Both the position numbers and the translations under genes were made by a program. Of a DNA stretch of 50,161 nucleotides, positions 18,571-30,367 are shown one piece after another. Each line of letters starts with the position of its first letter. Position 1 is the stretch's first letter. The notes beneath the pieces are model-generated. The model did not search any database. It was not told the DNA's origin and worked only from the letters and a program-made list of their open reading frames with translations. The stretch comes from an uncultured Bacilli bacterium (GTDB lineage: Bacteria; Bacillota_I; Bacilli_A; RF39; UBA660), in NCBI GenBank assembly GCA_944332725.1, contig CALVKO010000003.1, forward strand, positions 1 through 50,161, given 5' to 3'.

Positions 18571-21500
18571 TGAATATTAATGAATTTGAAGGATTAAAAA
18601 TTTCGATAGCTTCTCCTGAAAAAATTCGTTCATGGTCTTATGGTGAAGTTAAAAAAGCTGAAACAATTAATTATCGTACTTTAAAACCAGAAAGAGATGG
18701 ATTATTTTGTGAAAAGATATTTGGACCAACTAAAGACTTTGAATGTTCATGTGGGAAATATAAAAGATTAAGATATAAGAATATTGTTTGTGATAGATGT
18801 GGAGTTGAAGTTACTCGTAGTAAAGTAAGAAGAGAAAGAATGGGACACATTGAACTTGCAACTCCTTGTTCTCACATTTGGTTTTTTAAAGGTGTACCAT
18901 CTAGAATTGGTTTAGTTTTAGATATGTCACCTAGAGACCTAGAAGAAGTATTATATTTCGTATCATATGTTGTTTTAGATCCAGGACCTGCTCCTTTAGA
19001 AAAAAAACAAACAATTTCTGACAAAGAATATCGTGCATACTATGAAAAATATGGTAGTGCATTTAGAGTTGGTATGGGTGCTGAAGCAATTAAAGAATTG
19101 CTAGAACAAGTTAATCTTGAAGAAGAAGTAAATAAAATTAAAGAAGAAATTGAAAGTATTAAAGATTCGACTAGTCAAAAAAGGATTAGATTAATTAAAA
19201 GATTAGATGTTTTAAATGCATTCTTAGAATCAGGTAATAGACCTGAATGGATGATATTAGAAGCATTACCTGTTATACCTCCAGAATTAAGACCAATGAT
19301 TCAATTAGATGGTGGTAGGTTTGCTACATCTGATTTAAATGATTTATATAGAAGAGTTATAAATCGTAATAATCGTCTTAAAAAATTGATGGAATTAGGT
19401 GCTCCTTCAATTATCATTCAAAATGAAAAACGTATGCTTCAAGAAGCAGTAGATGCTTTATTTGATAATGGTAGACGTGGTAGAAATATAACTGGTGCTG
19501 GTAATAGACCTTTAAAATCTTTATCTAGTATGTTAAAAGGAAAACAAGGTAGATTTAGACAAAACTTGTTAGGTAAACGTGTTGATTATTCTGGTCGTTC
19601 AGTTATCGTTGTAGGTCCATCATTAAAAATGTATGAATGTGGTATTCCTAAAGAAATGGCTTTGGAATTATTCAAACCACATGTAATTAATGGATTAGTT
19701 ACTAAAGAAATTGCATCAAATATTAAAGCAGCTAAAAAGATGATTGAAAATCAAGATGAAAGAGTATGGGATATCGTTGAAGAAAAGATTGCGGAACATC
19801 CTGTTATGTTAAACCGTGCACCTACATTACACAGATTAGGTATTCAAGCATTCCAACCTAAGTTAATTGAAGGTAGAAGTATAAGATTGCACCCATTAGT
19901 TTGTGCTGCATTCAATGCTGACTTTGATGGTGATCAAATGGCTGTTCACGTTCCGATTTCTGATGAAGCTCAAGCCGAGGCAAGAATATTAATGTTAGGT
20001 GCTAATAACATCTTATCACCTAAAGATGGACAACCAATTGTTACACCAGGTCAAGATATGATTTTAGGTAACTATTATATTACTATTGAAAAATCTAACT
20101 TAAAAGGTGAAGGAAGAGTATTTAAAAATGATAACGAGGCTTTAATGGCATATGAAAGAAGAGAAATTACATTACATACCCGTATTGCTATTCCAGCGCG
20201 TTCATTTAAACATAAAATATTCCCTGATAAATATTTAGATAAATATTTAGTTACTACTCCAGGTAAATTATTATTTAATGAAATATTCCCTGATAGTTTT
20301 CAATATATCAATGATGGAACAGAAGAAAATATTGAAAAAATTACTCCAAGTAAATATTTTATCGATAAAGGGAAAAACATTAAAGAAGAAATTGCTAATA
20401 TGGAATTAGTTAAACCTTTTAGCAAAAAAGTATTAACTAAACTAATCGCACAAATATATAAAAGATATCAAACAACTGAAACTTCAGTAATGCTTGATAA
20501 GATGAAAGATTTAGGATTTAAATATTCAACTTTATCTGGTATATCAATTGGTATTGGTGATATTATTGAATCTAAAACTAAACCAGAAGTATTAAAAGAA
20601 GCAAGAGCTAAAGTAGAAACTATTAATAAACAATTTAAACGTGGTTTAATTACTGATAGAGAAAGATATGAAAATGTCGTTGATACATGGAATGAAGCAA
20701 AAGACAAAATTGCTAGCGAGCTAGAAGGATTTATCAAAACACATAAAGATAATTCTATTTCGATGATGATTGATTCAGGTGCTCGTGGTAATATGTCTAA
20801 CTATAACCAAATGGCAGGTATGCGTGGATTAATGATGAAACCAACTGGTGAAGCAGTAGAAATTCCAATTACATCATCTTTCACTGAAGGTGCTAATGTA
20901 TCAGAATTCTTCTTGGCTACTCATGGTGCTCGTAAAGGTGCTGTTGATACTGCATTAAAAACTGCTGATGCTGGTTACTTAACAAGACGTTTAGTTGATG
21001 TATCACAAGATATGATTGTTAAAGAAGATGATTGTGGTACTACTGAAGGGGTTATCGTTGAAGCATTTATCGATGACAAAAATAATACGGTAATTGAAAG
21101 TTTAAGAGATCGTATTGTTGGAAGATATACAAGTAAAAGAGTTATCAATCCTGAAACTAAAGAAGTAATTGCCGAAAGAAATACTTATATTACCGAACAA
21201 TTAGCTGATAAAATTATTAAAGCAGGTATTACTAAAGTACCTATTAGAACAGTTTTAACTTGTAAAACTGAACATGGTGTATGTTGTAAATGTTATGGAC
21301 GTAACTTAGCAACAGGTTCTATCGTTGAAGTTGGTGAAGCAGTGGGTATTATGGCTGCTCAATCAATTGGTGAACCAGGTACCCAATTAACAATGCGTAC
21401 TATCAACTCTGGTGGTGTTGCTGGAGATGATATTACTCAAGGTTTACCTCGTGTTCAAGAATTGTTTGAAGCACGTAATCCTAAAGGTAAGGCAACTATT

Positions 21501-22205
21501 TCTGAAATTAACGGTAAAGTTACGAAGATTGAAGAATCTAATGGTAAATATGAAATTACTATTACTAATGATGCTGAAACTAAAGTCCATACAACAAATT
21601 ATGGTGCTAAATTGTTAGTTGAAGTTAACCAAGAAGTAGAAGCAGGTGACAAATTAACATTCGGTGCTATTAGTCCAAAAGAATTGTTAGTTGTTACTGA
21701 TCCAATTACCGTACAACAATATATTTTATTAGAAATTCAAAAAGTTTATCAATCACAAGGTGTTAGTATTTCTGATAAACACGTTGAAATTATTGCTAAA
21801 CGAATGATTTCTAAAATTAAAATTATTTCATCAGGTGATTCATATTATTTACCAGGAACTATGGTTAATATAAATCATTTTGCTGATACTAATAAAAAAT
21901 TAATTCTTGAAGGAAAAACTCCAGCTTTAGGTAGACCAGTATTATTAGGTATTACTAAGGCAAGTTTGGAAACAGATTCATTTTTATCTGCTGCATCATT
22001 CCAAGAAACAACAAGAATTTTAACTGATGCTGCAATTCATGGTCGAGTAGATGAATTAAATGGTTTAAAAGAAAATGTTATTATTGGTAAATTAATTCCA
22101 GCAGGTACTGGAGCTAAGAAATATCGTAAATCTAATTATGATTTAGAAATACCTTACATTGATGATGAACCATTAGAAGCTTTAGAACAAGAATTAATGG
22201 ATTAA
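18570..22205 (+). CDS. rpoC: DNA-directed RNA polymerase subunit beta'
   Basis: NADFDGD catalytic motif, Zn-ribbon cysteines, SAASFQET. Confidence 0.99.
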   Translation: MNINEFEGLKISIASPEKIRSWSYGEVKKAETINYRTLKPERDGLFCEKIFGPTKDFECSCGKYKRLRYKNIVCDRCGVEVTRSKVRRERMGHIELATPCSHIWFFKGVPSRIGLVLDMSPRDLEEVLYFVSYVVLDPGPAPLEKKQTISDKEYRAYYEKYGSAFRVGMGAEAIKELLEQVNLEEEVNKIKEEIESIKDSTSQKRIRLIKRLDVLNAFLESGNRPEWMILEALPVIPPELRPMIQLDGGRFATSDLNDLYRRVINRNNRLKKLMELGAPSIIIQNEKRMLQEAVDALFDNGRRGRNITGAGNRPLKSLSSMLKGKQGRFRQNLLGKRVDYSGRSVIVVGPSLKMYECGIPKEMALELFKPHVINGLVTKEIASNIKAAKKMIENQDERVWDIVEEKIAEHPVMLNRAPTLHRLGIQAFQPKLIEGRSIRLHPLVCAAFNADFDGDQMAVHVPISDEAQAEARILMLGANNILSPKDGQPIVTPGQDMILGNYYITIEKSNLKGEGRVFKNDNEALMAYERREITLHTRIAIPARSFKHKIFPDKYLDKYLVTTPGKLLFNEIFPDSFQYINDGTEENIEKITPSKYFIDKGKNIKEEIANMELVKPFSKKVLTKLIAQIYKRYQTTETSVMLDKMKDLGFKYSTLSGISIGIGDIIESKTKPEVLKEARAKVETINKQFKRGLITDRERYENVVDTWNEAKDKIASELEGFIKTHKDNSISMMIDSGARGNMSNYNQMAGMRGLMMKPTGEAVEIPITSSFTEGANVSEFFLATHGARKGAVDTALKTADAGYLTRRLVDVSQDMIVKEDDCGTTEGVIVEAFIDDKNNTVIESLRDRIVGRYTSKRVINPETKEVIAERNTYITEQLADKIIKAGITKVPIRTVLTCKTEHGVCCKCYGRNLATGSIVEVGEAVGIMAAQSIGEPGTQLTMRTINSGGVAGDDITQGLPRVQELFEARNPKGKATISEINGKVTKIEESNGKYEITITNDAETKVHTTNYGAKLLVEVNQEVEAGDKLTFGAISPKELLVVTDPITVQQYILLEIQKVYQSQGVSISDKHVEIIAKRMISKIKIISSGDSYYLPGTMVNINHFADTNKKLILEGKTPALGRPVLLGITKASLETDSFLSAASFQETTRILTDAAIHGRVDELNGLKENVIIGKLIPAGTGAKKYRKSNYDLEIPYIDDEPLEALEQELMD

Positions 22206-22236
22206 ACTTTATTCAATAGAATAGAGTTTTTTTTTT
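22204..22236 (+). terminator. Intrinsic terminator after rpoC
   Basis: AAACTTTATTC-AATA-GAATAGAGTTT followed by a T-run. Confidence 0.75.
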
Positions 22237-22269
22237 AATTATGATATACTATATAAGGAGATGATTTTT

Positions 22270-23478
22270 ATGGATAAAAAAATAAAAGAAGCATTGGAAA
22301 AAGAAAAAACAAGGCAACAAAATAATATTGAATTAATAGCATCAGAAAATTATGTTTCAAAAGATGTATTAGCCTTACAAGGAAGTATATTTACTAACAA
22401 ATATGCCGAAGGTTATTCTGGTAAAAGATATTATGGTGGATGTGTTAATGTTGATATAGTTGAAGATTTAGCAATTACTTATGTAACAAAATTATTTGAT
22501 TGTAAATATGCTAATGTGCAACCACATTCAGGAAGTAGTGCTAATATGGCGGTATATAAAGCATTATTAAATGTTGGTGATAAGGTAATGGGAATGAATT
22601 TATCTCATGGCGGACATTTAACTCATGGTCATCCAATTAATTTTAGTGGTTTAGAATATGAAATAATCAGTTATGATGTTGATGCTGAAACTGAAATGAT
22701 TGATTATGATAAATTAGAAAAATTAGCTTTAGAAACAAAACCTAAAATGATTATAGCAGGAGCATCTGCCTATTCAAGAATAATAGATTTTAAAAGATTT
22801 AGAGAAATTGCTGATAAAGTAGGAGCATATTTAATGGTTGATATGGCTCATATTGCTGGTTTAGTAGCAACTGGGTTACATCCATCACCATTTCCTTATG
22901 CTGATGTTGTAACTTCAACTACTCATAAAACTTTAAGAGGTCCAAGAGGCGGTATTATTTTAACTAATAATGAAGAAATAATAAAAAAAATAAATAAAAT
23001 TATTTTTCCTGGTATTCAAGGTGGACCTCTTATGCATATTATTGCTGCTAAAGCAGAGTGTTTTTACGAAGCATTACAACCTTCATTTAAAACTTATCAA
23101 GAACAAGTTTTAAAAAATATTAAGGCATTATCTAAAGTTTTATCAGATAACGGATTAAGAATAGTTTCTGGTGGTACTGATAATCATTTGATTTTAGTTG
23201 ATGTTACTAGTCTAAATATGAATGGAAAAGAAGCAGAAACATTACTAGATGAAGTTAATATTACTGTAAATAAAAACACTATTCCATTCGATAAAGAATC
23301 ACCTTTTAAAACTAGTGGTATAAGATTAGGAAGTCCTGCTATGACTACTAGAGGATTAAAAGAAGATGATTTTGTTGAAATAGGGAATATTATTATTGAT
23401 GCTTTAAATGGTAAAGATAAAGAACAATTAAAATTAAGAGTAAAAAAAATAACTGATAAATATCCATTGGAGGGATAA
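22270..23478 (+). CDS. glyA: Serine hydroxymethyltransferase
   Basis: LIASEN, NKYAEGY, GGHLTHG and [12 protein letters not shown] (PLP lysine) motifs. Confidence 0.98.
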   Translation: MDKKIKEALEKEKTRQQNNIELIASENYVSKDVLALQGSIFTNKYAEGYSGKRYYGGCVNVDIVEDLAITYVTKLFDCKYANVQPHSGSSANMAVYKALLNVGDKVMGMNLSHGGHLTHGHPINFSGLEYEIISYDVDAETEMIDYDKLEKLALETKPKMIIAGASAYSRIIDFKRFREIADKVGAYLMVDMAHIAGLVATGLHPSPFPYADVVTSTTHKTLRGPRGGIILTNNEEIIKKINKIIFPGIQGGPLMHIIAAKAECFYEALQPSFKTYQEQVLKNIKALSKVLSDNGLRIVSGGTDNHLILVDVTSLNMNGKEAETLLDEVNITVNKNTIPFDKESPFKTSGIRLGSPAMTTRGLKEDDFVEIGNIIIDALNGKDKEQLKLRVKKITDKYPLEG

Positions 23479-23479
23479 T

Positions 23480-24307
23480 ATGTTATTAGATGGAAAAACA
23501 TTAAGTGATAAGATAAAAGAAGAAATAAAATTAAAAACAAAAAATTTTCTAATTAAACCAACTTTAGCGGTTATTCAAATTGGTAATGATGAAGCAAGTA
23601 ATATATATATTAAAATGAAATCAAAAGCATGTGAAAATGTTGGTATTAACTTTATTCATGCTAAATTTGAAGAAGAATCTTTAGAACAAGAAATAGTTAA
23701 TAAAATTATTGAATTAAACAATGATCCTTACGTAAATGGTATATTATTGCAATTACCAATACCTTCAAAATTTAATCAATATAAATTATTAAATTTAATT
23801 AATAAAGATAAAGATGTTGATGGCCTTACTGATATAAACATGGGAATGTTGTTTAAAGATTATAATAATTTGGTTCCTTGTACACCTAATGGTATTATTA
23901 GATTATTAGAAGAATATAATATTGATTTAAAAGGAAAACATGCAGTAGTTGTTGGAAAATCTAATTTAGTTGGGAAACCATTAGCAATATTATTATTACA
24001 AAAAGGTGCAACTGTTACAATATGTCATTCTAAAACCGTAGATTTAGGTTATTTTACTAAACAAGCAGATATATTGATAAGTGCAGTTGGAAAAAAAGAT
24101 TTAATAACTAGAGATATGGTAAAAGATGATGCTGTAGTTATTGATGTTGGTATGAATAGAGTAGATGGTAAATTATATGGGGATGTTGCCTTTGATGATA
24201 TTAAAGATATAGTATCTTATATAACACCAGTTCCTGGTGGTGTTGGCCCAATGACAGTTTCTATGTTACTTTATAATGTTTTAAAAAATTATGAAAAAAA
24301 TTTATAG
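23480..24307 (+). CDS. folD: Methylenetetrahydrofolate dehydrogenase/cyclohydrolase
   Basis: KDVDG, PCTP.G, GKSNLVGKP and TPVPGGVGPMT motifs. Confidence 0.97.
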   Translation: MLLDGKTLSDKIKEEIKLKTKNFLIKPTLAVIQIGNDEASNIYIKMKSKACENVGINFIHAKFEEESLEQEIVNKIIELNNDPYVNGILLQLPIPSKFNQYKLLNLINKDKDVDGLTDINMGMLFKDYNNLVPCTPNGIIRLLEEYNIDLKGKHAVVVGKSNLVGKPLAILLLQKGATVTICHSKTVDLGYFTKQADILISAVGKKDLITRDMVKDDAVVIDVGMNRVDGKLYGDVAFDDIKDIVSYITPVPGGVGPMTVSMLLYNVLKNYEKNL

Positions 24308-24316
24308 GTGAAAATT

Positions 24317-25138
24317 ATGGAAATAAAGGATTTAATCAAATTGCCTATTTCGCATTTAATATTAATAATTGTTGATGATAAACAAAATTCATTTTTAAGA
24401 AAATTTGCGGAAATAGAATTAAAAAATAGAATTAAAAATTTAGGTATAAATTTTGATGATTTAATTCAAATGGAATTAAAAAAAATAAAAGAAAGAGGAA
24501 TAGATATAAATAATTATTTATTTAGTTCTAATCCTAATGTTCAACAACTTATGGAATTATATTTTAGTGAAGTTTATAATACTAAATTTGAAGATTCAAA
24601 AATATTATTAAGTGAAAGTCATCTTTGTACTGATATGAATTTTATGGCTTCATTTTTTGATAAAATTTGTGATATTGAAATAAAAAATTTAAGTAAAAGA
24701 ATAAATTTTGTAAATCCTAATAAAGAAACATTATTATTATTTAAAAATGCTTTAGAAGGTAGAAAAAGAGAAATAAATAAAGAAAAACAACTTTTAAGAG
24801 GAACAGATGTTTTGGAATTTAATTTTGCTTTTAATTATTTAGAAGATATAAGTTTTCTTTTCATTGAATCCGATTTAAGCACGGAAGAAATATATAATAT
24901 TCAAAAGTCAAAAATAAAATTTCTTAAATGGTTTATATTAATTTCATTAAGTGATAAGTTATTTGAATCAGATTTATTAGGAGATTTATATATTTTAAAA
25001 AGAGTATTGGAAGATAGTTCAAAATTGGGTAATCAAAGAAAAATATTATTATCACAAATAAAGAGTGGATTTATAGTAGATTATGAAACTGAAAATATGC
25101 AAAAAATAAAACAAAGAATTTTGAATAAAAAAAATTAG
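24317..25138 (+). CDS. Hypothetical soluble protein (orphan)
   Basis: Long open frame with AGGTG RBS; no recognisable motif. Confidence 0.7.
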   Translation: MEIKDLIKLPISHLILIIVDDKQNSFLRKFAEIELKNRIKNLGINFDDLIQMELKKIKERGIDINNYLFSSNPNVQQLMELYFSEVYNTKFEDSKILLSESHLCTDMNFMASFFDKICDIEIKNLSKRINFVNPNKETLLLFKNALEGRKREINKEKQLLRGTDVLEFNFAFNYLEDISFLFIESDLSTEEIYNIQKSKIKFLKWFILISLSDKLFESDLLGDLYILKRVLEDSSKLGNQRKILLSQIKSGFIVDYETENMQKIKQRILNKKN

Positions 25139-25145
25139 AAAACTA

Positions 25146-25174
25146 TTGTCAAAATTGAATTAATATGATATTAT
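25146..25174 (+). promoter_or_regulatory. Sigma-A promoter for tRNA-Met, overlapped by an AT-rich hairpin (25151-25190)
   Basis: TTGTCA-17 bp-TATTAT with TG; AAAATTGAA/TTCAATTTT inverted repeat. Confidence 0.6.
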
Positions 25175-25192
25175 TATATTGTTCAATTTTTT

Positions 25193-25269
25193 GGCGAGGT
25201 AGCTCAGTTGGCTAGAGCAACTGGTTCATACCCAGTAGGTCGAGGGTTCGAATCCCCCTCTCGCTACCA
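25193..25269 (+). tRNA. tRNA-Met(CAT), elongator type
   Basis: Cloverleaf, anticodon CAT at 25227-25229, TTCGAAT T-loop, encoded CCA; no run of three G-C pairs in the anticodon stem. Confidence 0.95.
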
Positions 25270-25284
25270 TATAAAAATAAATAG

Positions 25285-25764
25285 TCATTGTTGACTATTT
25301 TTTTCATATAAATCTTTAAATATTTTTAAATGAATTTCTTCATCAATAATAATTCTTTTTAATAATTCTTTAATATATTTGTCATCTATTACTTTAATTA
25401 AATTATTATAATTTTTAATTGCTAATGTTTCTGCCTCAATATTTATTTTTAATATATCTTTTAAATTATTATTGTAATTAACATAATTAGTAGTCCAGGG
25501 AATATTATTTACTTTATATTCTGGATTTAGACCCAATAATTTGATTGTTTTGGCTAATAATTCTAAATGTTTCATTTCAACTATAGCAATCTTTTCTAAA
25601 ATGTTACTTACTTCATCATCTAAAATAAATGATTGATACATATATAAATGTGTTGCAGTATCTTCACTTACTAATCCCGCATAAGGATATGATAATAATC
25701 TTGCATATTCAATATTTTCTTTTTCAACTTTAATATCAGGATATGGTAAATTTGATTTATACAT
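25285..25764 (-). CDS. Ferritin-like protein (Mn-catalase/CotJC-like family)
   Basis: SE..A...Y.YQ, IAIVEMKH, E..AI..Y and DEEIH di-metal motifs. Confidence 0.8.
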   Translation of the reverse strand: MYKSNLPYPDIKVEKENIEYARLLSYPYAGLVSEDTATHLYMYQSFILDDEVSNILEKIAIVEMKHLELLAKTIKLLGLNPEYKVNNIPWTTNYVNYNNNLKDILKINIEAETLAIKNYNNLIKVIDDKYIKELLKRIIIDEEIHLKIFKDLYEKNSQQ

Positions 25765-25832
25765 TAATAATCACCTAATTAATTATATTAAAAAAAAATA
25801 ATTAAAATGTATCATTTTGGGATATAATAAAT

Positions 25833-27008
25833 ATGGAGAGTGATAAAATGCAAGAAAAATATGCAGAATTGTTATTAAAAAGATGTCTAAATATATCTAA
25901 TCAACCTTTATTAATATCATGTCCAATTGAAGTTTATGACTTTGTAAGGGTATTAGTTAAAAAAGCTTATGAAATTGGTGTCGAGGATATTTATATTGAT
26001 TTTGAAGATGAAGAGTTAAAAAAATTGCAATTAAAAAATTTAAGTAAAGAGCAATTAAAAAATAGTAATTTTTTTAATAAAAGGATATTTGATGAATATG
26101 CCAAAAAGGATGCTTGTTTTTTAATGCTTTATGCTTATGAAGATTTTAGTGGTATAGATAATGATAAATTGGATTATAGTGCGAAATTAGTAAGAGAAAC
26201 TAAACCAATTTATAAAGAAAGACAGTTAAAAAATGAGATAGTTTGGTGTATTGCTTCGGTAGTAACTAAGACTTGGGCTGACAAATTATTTCCTAATGAA
26301 GAAGATAATATCAATAAATTATGGAATATAATTTATAAAATGTGTTTAATTGATAAAGAAAATCCTATCCTAGAATGGGATAATAAAATCAATTTGAATA
26401 GTCAAAAATGTGAATATATGAATAATAAACAATATAAAAAATTGACATTTAAAAATAATTTAGGGACTAATTTAACAATAGAACTTCCTAAAAATCATAT
26501 TTGGGCAGGAGGAAATACTATTATAAATGGAATAGAAACGATTGCTAATATGCCAACGGAAGAAATATTCACATCACCTTATAAATATGGTGTAAATGGA
26601 ATTGTTTATAGTTCTAAACCATTAGTATATAATGGTAGTTTAATTGAAGATTTTTATTTGGAATTTAAGGATGGTGAAGTTATAAATTTTGATGCTAAAG
26701 TAGGCAAAGAAACATTAAGACAAATAATAGAATATGATGAAAATTCTAAATATTTAGGTGAAGTTGCATTAGTTGATTATGATTCACCAATATCTAGATC
26801 TAATTTAGTTTTTTATGAAACTTTATATGATGAAAATGCTGCTTGTCATTTAGCACTAGGATCAAGTTATTTAGAATGCATTAAAGAACCTGATTTTAAT
26901 ATAGTTAATAAAAGTAATACTCATGTTGATTTTATGATAGGAACTTCTGATTTAGAAGTTTATGCTGATGATGAATTAATTATGAAAGATGGTAATTTTA
27001 TAAAATAA
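25833..27008 (+). CDS. Aminopeptidase, M29 family (AmpS/PepS)
   Basis: NMPTEEIF, LGEVAL, DENAACHLALG and HVDFMIG metal ligands. Confidence 0.93.
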   Translation: MESDKMQEKYAELLLKRCLNISNQPLLISCPIEVYDFVRVLVKKAYEIGVEDIYIDFEDEELKKLQLKNLSKEQLKNSNFFNKRIFDEYAKKDACFLMLYAYEDFSGIDNDKLDYSAKLVRETKPIYKERQLKNEIVWCIASVVTKTWADKLFPNEEDNINKLWNIIYKMCLIDKENPILEWDNKINLNSQKCEYMNNKQYKKLTFKNNLGTNLTIELPKNHIWAGGNTIINGIETIANMPTEEIFTSPYKYGVNGIVYSSKPLVYNGSLIEDFYLEFKDGEVINFDAKVGKETLRQIIEYDENSKYLGEVALVDYDSPISRSNLVFYETLYDENAACHLALGSSYLECIKEPDFNIVNKSNTHVDFMIGTSDLEVYADDELIMKDGNFIK

Positions 27009-27010
27009 TT

Positions 27011-27060
27011 GTATTAAATATCTCTTTTTATATCATAATTGATATGAAAGGAGATTTTTT
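27011..27060 (+). promoter_or_regulatory. Sigma-F/G-type promoter embedded in a 15-bp hairpin that also covers the sigG RBS
   Basis: GTATT-18 bp-CATAATT; arms 27020-27034 and 27041-27055 pair fully (two G-U), followed by TTTTT-ATG. Confidence 0.6.
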
Positions 27061-27834
27061 ATGGCACGTCATAGAGTAGAGATATGTGGCGTGAATACTG
27101 CGAATATTAAAGTTTTATGTAATGAAGAAATGATTGAATTATTTAAAAAATATCAAAATGGTGATAAGTCTGCTAAAGACGAATTAATTAATGGTAATTT
27201 AAAGTTAGTTTTATCTATTTTAAGAAAGTATAACAATCGAACAGATAATTTAGATGATTTATTTCAAATTGGTTGTGTTGGATTAATTAAGGCAATTGAT
27301 AATTTTGATTTGTCTCATGAAGTTAAGTTTTCAACATATGCCGTTCCGATGATATTAGGTGAAATTAAAAGATATTTAAGGGATAATAGTTCATTAAGAG
27401 TTACTAGAAATTTAAAAGATATAGCTTATAAAGGTTTAAAAGCAAAAGAAGAGTTAACTAATAAATTAAATAGAGAACCATCAATGAAGGAAATAGCTGA
27501 TGTTTTAGAATTAAATGAATTAGAAGTTATACAGGCTTTTGAAGCGGTTAAAGATGCGGTAAGTATGTCCGAACCTATTTATAGTGATGGTGGTGATACT
27601 ATCTATTTAGAAGAACAAATTGCTGATAAAAAGGATAAAATAGGGCAGGATATGAGTATTATGTTAAAAGAAGCTTTAAACAAACTAAAAGATAAAGAAA
27701 AATATATAATTTATAAAAGGTATTTTGAAGGAATTACGCAAATGGAACTATCTGAAGAAATTGGGATATCTCAAGCACAGATATCAAGAATAGAAAAAAA
27801 TTGTTTAGATAATATGAAAAAAATATTAAAATAA
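27061..27834 (+). CDS. sigG: Forespore sigma factor sigma-G
   Basis: N-terminal RVEICGVNT, DDLFQIGCVGLIKAIDNFD, FSTYAVPMILGEIKRYLRD and GISQAQISR; followed by ylmC. Confidence 0.92.
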   Translation: MARHRVEICGVNTANIKVLCNEEMIELFKKYQNGDKSAKDELINGNLKLVLSILRKYNNRTDNLDDLFQIGCVGLIKAIDNFDLSHEVKFSTYAVPMILGEIKRYLRDNSSLRVTRNLKDIAYKGLKAKEELTNKLNREPSMKEIADVLELNELEVIQAFEAVKDAVSMSEPIYSDGGDTIYLEEQIADKKDKIGQDMSIMLKEALNKLKDKEKYIIYKRYFEGITQMELSEEIGISQAQISRIEKNCLDNMKKILK

Positions 27835-27858
27835 TCATAAATTTTAATAGGTGAAATT

Positions 27859-28080
27859 ATGCGGTTAAGTGAATTACAATCAAAAAATATAATAACTACT
27901 GAAGGTAAATTAATTGGTAATATTGTAGATGTAATAATTGAAAATGGAACTGTTAAATGTTTAATAGTTGAAAAAACAAAATTTTTAATTTCAATGTTTA
28001 CTTCAAAAAATGAAGAAGAAATTAAGTGGAGTCAAATAAAAACTATCGGTGATGATGCAATTATTGTAAGTTGTCAATAA
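27859..28080 (+). CDS. ylmC: YlmC/YmxH PRC-barrel sporulation protein
   Basis: MRLSEL..K.I, G..IG.I.D and W..I..IGDD.IIV motifs; downstream of sigG. Confidence 0.85.
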   Translation: MRLSELQSKNIITTEGKLIGNIVDVIIENGTVKCLIVEKTKFLISMFTSKNEEEIKWSQIKTIGDDAIIVSCQ

Positions 28081-28167
28081 ATTGGTAAATTATTCCAATT
28101 TTATTGACACTTATTTTTTTTGTGTGATATACTTAAAATCCCCCCTAAAAAAAGAAAGGAAAATTTT

Positions 28168-28596
28168 ATGTTTGAAAAAATACCTTTAAATGATATTTAT
28201 GTAGCTGATTTTGTTGATGAAACTTTAGAATTTGTCTATGGTGGTATATATAAATCGACAACTATTATTCATCATTTTGATATAAAAAAAGAAAAAAGCA
28301 TATTTATTTGGATGGCAGATCAAGATGGAAAATTTGCAGGATATTTGAATTTATTTGACAATAAAATATATAAGCCAATTACTACATCTTTATATGATTA
28401 TGAAGAAGTATTTGATTGTCCAAGTATAGATGTTGGAAATACTAATGATGGATATATTAATTTTGAACCACTATCTAATTTTAATTCTAAATACATAAAA
28501 CCATTTATGTCAATTAGATTAGCAAAGAAAGCAGTTAATGATATAAATAAGCAAAGAGAAAAAGAAAAAATTAAATCATTAATTTTTAAGAACTAG
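28168..28596 (+). CDS. Hypothetical soluble protein (orphan)
   Basis: Own promoter (TTGACA 28104, TATACT 28128) and AAAGGA RBS before ATG 28168. Confidence 0.7.
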   Translation: MFEKIPLNDIYVADFVDETLEFVYGGIYKSTTIIHHFDIKKEKSIFIWMADQDGKFAGYLNLFDNKIYKPITTSLYDYEEVFDCPSIDVGNTNDGYINFEPLSNFNSKYIKPFMSIRLAKKAVNDINKQREKEKIKSLIFKN

Positions 28597-28656
28597 ACTA
28601 ATTCATTATTTTTTGATATAATTAATTAGTCTTTTTAAATGAAAGGAGGTAATTAA

Positions 28657-30291
28657 ATGATTAAAATATTTGCATTAGGTGGTTTAAATGAAATTGGTAA
28701 AAATATGTATGTTGTAAATGTTGATGATGAATTATATATATTTGAATCAGGTTTAAAATACGCTGACGATAAGATGCTTGGTGTTGATTATATTATTCCT
28801 AACTATGACTATTTAATTAAAAATAAAAATAAAATTCAGGGAATATTTTTATCACATGGACATGATGAACAGATTGGCGCGATTCCTGATATGTTATATG
28901 ATTTACCAGATGTTAAAATATTTGGTACTAAATTTACATTGGATTTATTAAATGAAGAATTAACACAAGAAAAAATGAAAGCCAATTTAATTGAAATAAA
29001 ACCACATAAAAAGATAAAAGTTGGTAAAAATTATATTTTCCCTATAAGTTTATCGCATTCTGTTCCTGATAGTGTAGGATATGTACTATATACAAAAGAT
29101 GGCGCTATTTTCTATACAGGAAATTTTGTTTTTGATTCCGCCATGACAGGAAACTATAAAACGGATATTGGCAAACTTGCTTATGTTGGAAAACAAGGTG
29201 TGTTATGTTTACTAAGTGAATCATTATACGCTGATAAAATAGGATATACTTCACCTAAACATAGAAGTTATAAATTCTTGCGAGAGATTATAAACAATAG
29301 TCATAATCGAATTTTAGTTAATATATTACAAGGTCAAATATTTAGAATTCAAGAACTATTAAATGTTGTTACAGAAGCCAATAAAAAAATTATTATTTTA
29401 GGAAAAAGACTGGAAACTAATTTAATAAAAGCAATTAATGATGGATATATTAATTTTGATAAATCAAGAATTGGTAATATTCATCATTTAGAAAAAGATT
29501 CAATTATTATAGTTTCAGATGAACGAGAAAAACCATTTTCTAATATAAAACGAATTGTTAAAGGATATGATAAATTTATAACTTTAACTGAAGATGATAC
29601 TATTATTTTTGCATCACCAGTATATGATGGTATGGAAAAAAGTGCGACGATGTTATTTGATGATATTGCTAAAAAAGGATGCAACCTAATAACTATGTCA
29701 AGTAAACAATTCAATTCTTTGCATGCTTCAAGTGAAGACTTAATGTTGATGCTAAATTTATTACAACCAAAATATTATTTCCCTGTTAATGGTGAATATC
29801 GTCATCAAGTTGCCAACAGTGAAGTTGCTAAACAAATGGGGATGAAAGACGAAAATATAATTCTTAAATTAAATGGTGAAGTTGCAACTTTTGTTAATGG
29901 CAATTTAACTGATGATAAAGAATTTGTTAAAGTTGATGATATTTTGATTGATGGTAAAACGTTAGGCGATGTTGGTGATTTAGTTATTAAAGATCGTGAA
30001 ATGTTAGGAGAAAATGGTATTGTTTTAATCATCGCTATTGTTGATAAGGTAACTAAACAAATTTTATCTGGACCACAAATTGTAACAAAGGGATTTGTTT
30101 ATGTTAAAGAAAATATTGATTTAATAAAAGAAGCAAGTAATATGTCTTTAGAAATAATTAAAAATAATACTAAAGTATCTTATATTGACTATGGTAAAAC
30201 TAAAAATGAAATAAGAGATAAAGTAGGTAATTATTTCTATCAACAAACAGAGTCAAAACCAATTATTTTAATTATGATTCAAGAAGTTTAA
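28657..30291 (+). CDS. rnjB: Ribonuclease J, J2-like (degenerate active site)
   Basis: ALGGLNEIGKNM; metallo-beta-lactamase motif reads SHGHDEQIG instead of THGHEDHIG, and TGNF replaces TGDF. Confidence 0.8.
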   Translation: MIKIFALGGLNEIGKNMYVVNVDDELYIFESGLKYADDKMLGVDYIIPNYDYLIKNKNKIQGIFLSHGHDEQIGAIPDMLYDLPDVKIFGTKFTLDLLNEELTQEKMKANLIEIKPHKKIKVGKNYIFPISLSHSVPDSVGYVLYTKDGAIFYTGNFVFDSAMTGNYKTDIGKLAYVGKQGVLCLLSESLYADKIGYTSPKHRSYKFLREIINNSHNRILVNILQGQIFRIQELLNVVTEANKKIIILGKRLETNLIKAINDGYINFDKSRIGNIHHLEKDSIIIVSDEREKPFSNIKRIVKGYDKFITLTEDDTIIFASPVYDGMEKSATMLFDDIAKKGCNLITMSSKQFNSLHASSEDLMLMLNLLQPKYYFPVNGEYRHQVANSEVAKQMGMKDENIILKLNGEVATFVNGNLTDDKEFVKVDDILIDGKTLGDVGDLVIKDREMLGENGIVLIIAIVDKVTKQILSGPQIVTKGFVYVKENIDLIKEASNMSLEIIKNNTKVSYIDYGKTKNEIRDKVGNYFYQQTESKPIILIMIQEV

Positions 30292-30367
30292 ATTGTATTT
30301 AGTTACAATTTTTTTCTTGAAATAATTTAATAAATATGATATTATTTATACCTAGGAAGTGATTTTA

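Noticed and set aside
22205-22270. Absence of rpsL-rpsG-fusA after rpoC
   Set aside because: A simple rearrangement with a clean terminator and promoter; such breaks are frequent in this window and not informative alone.
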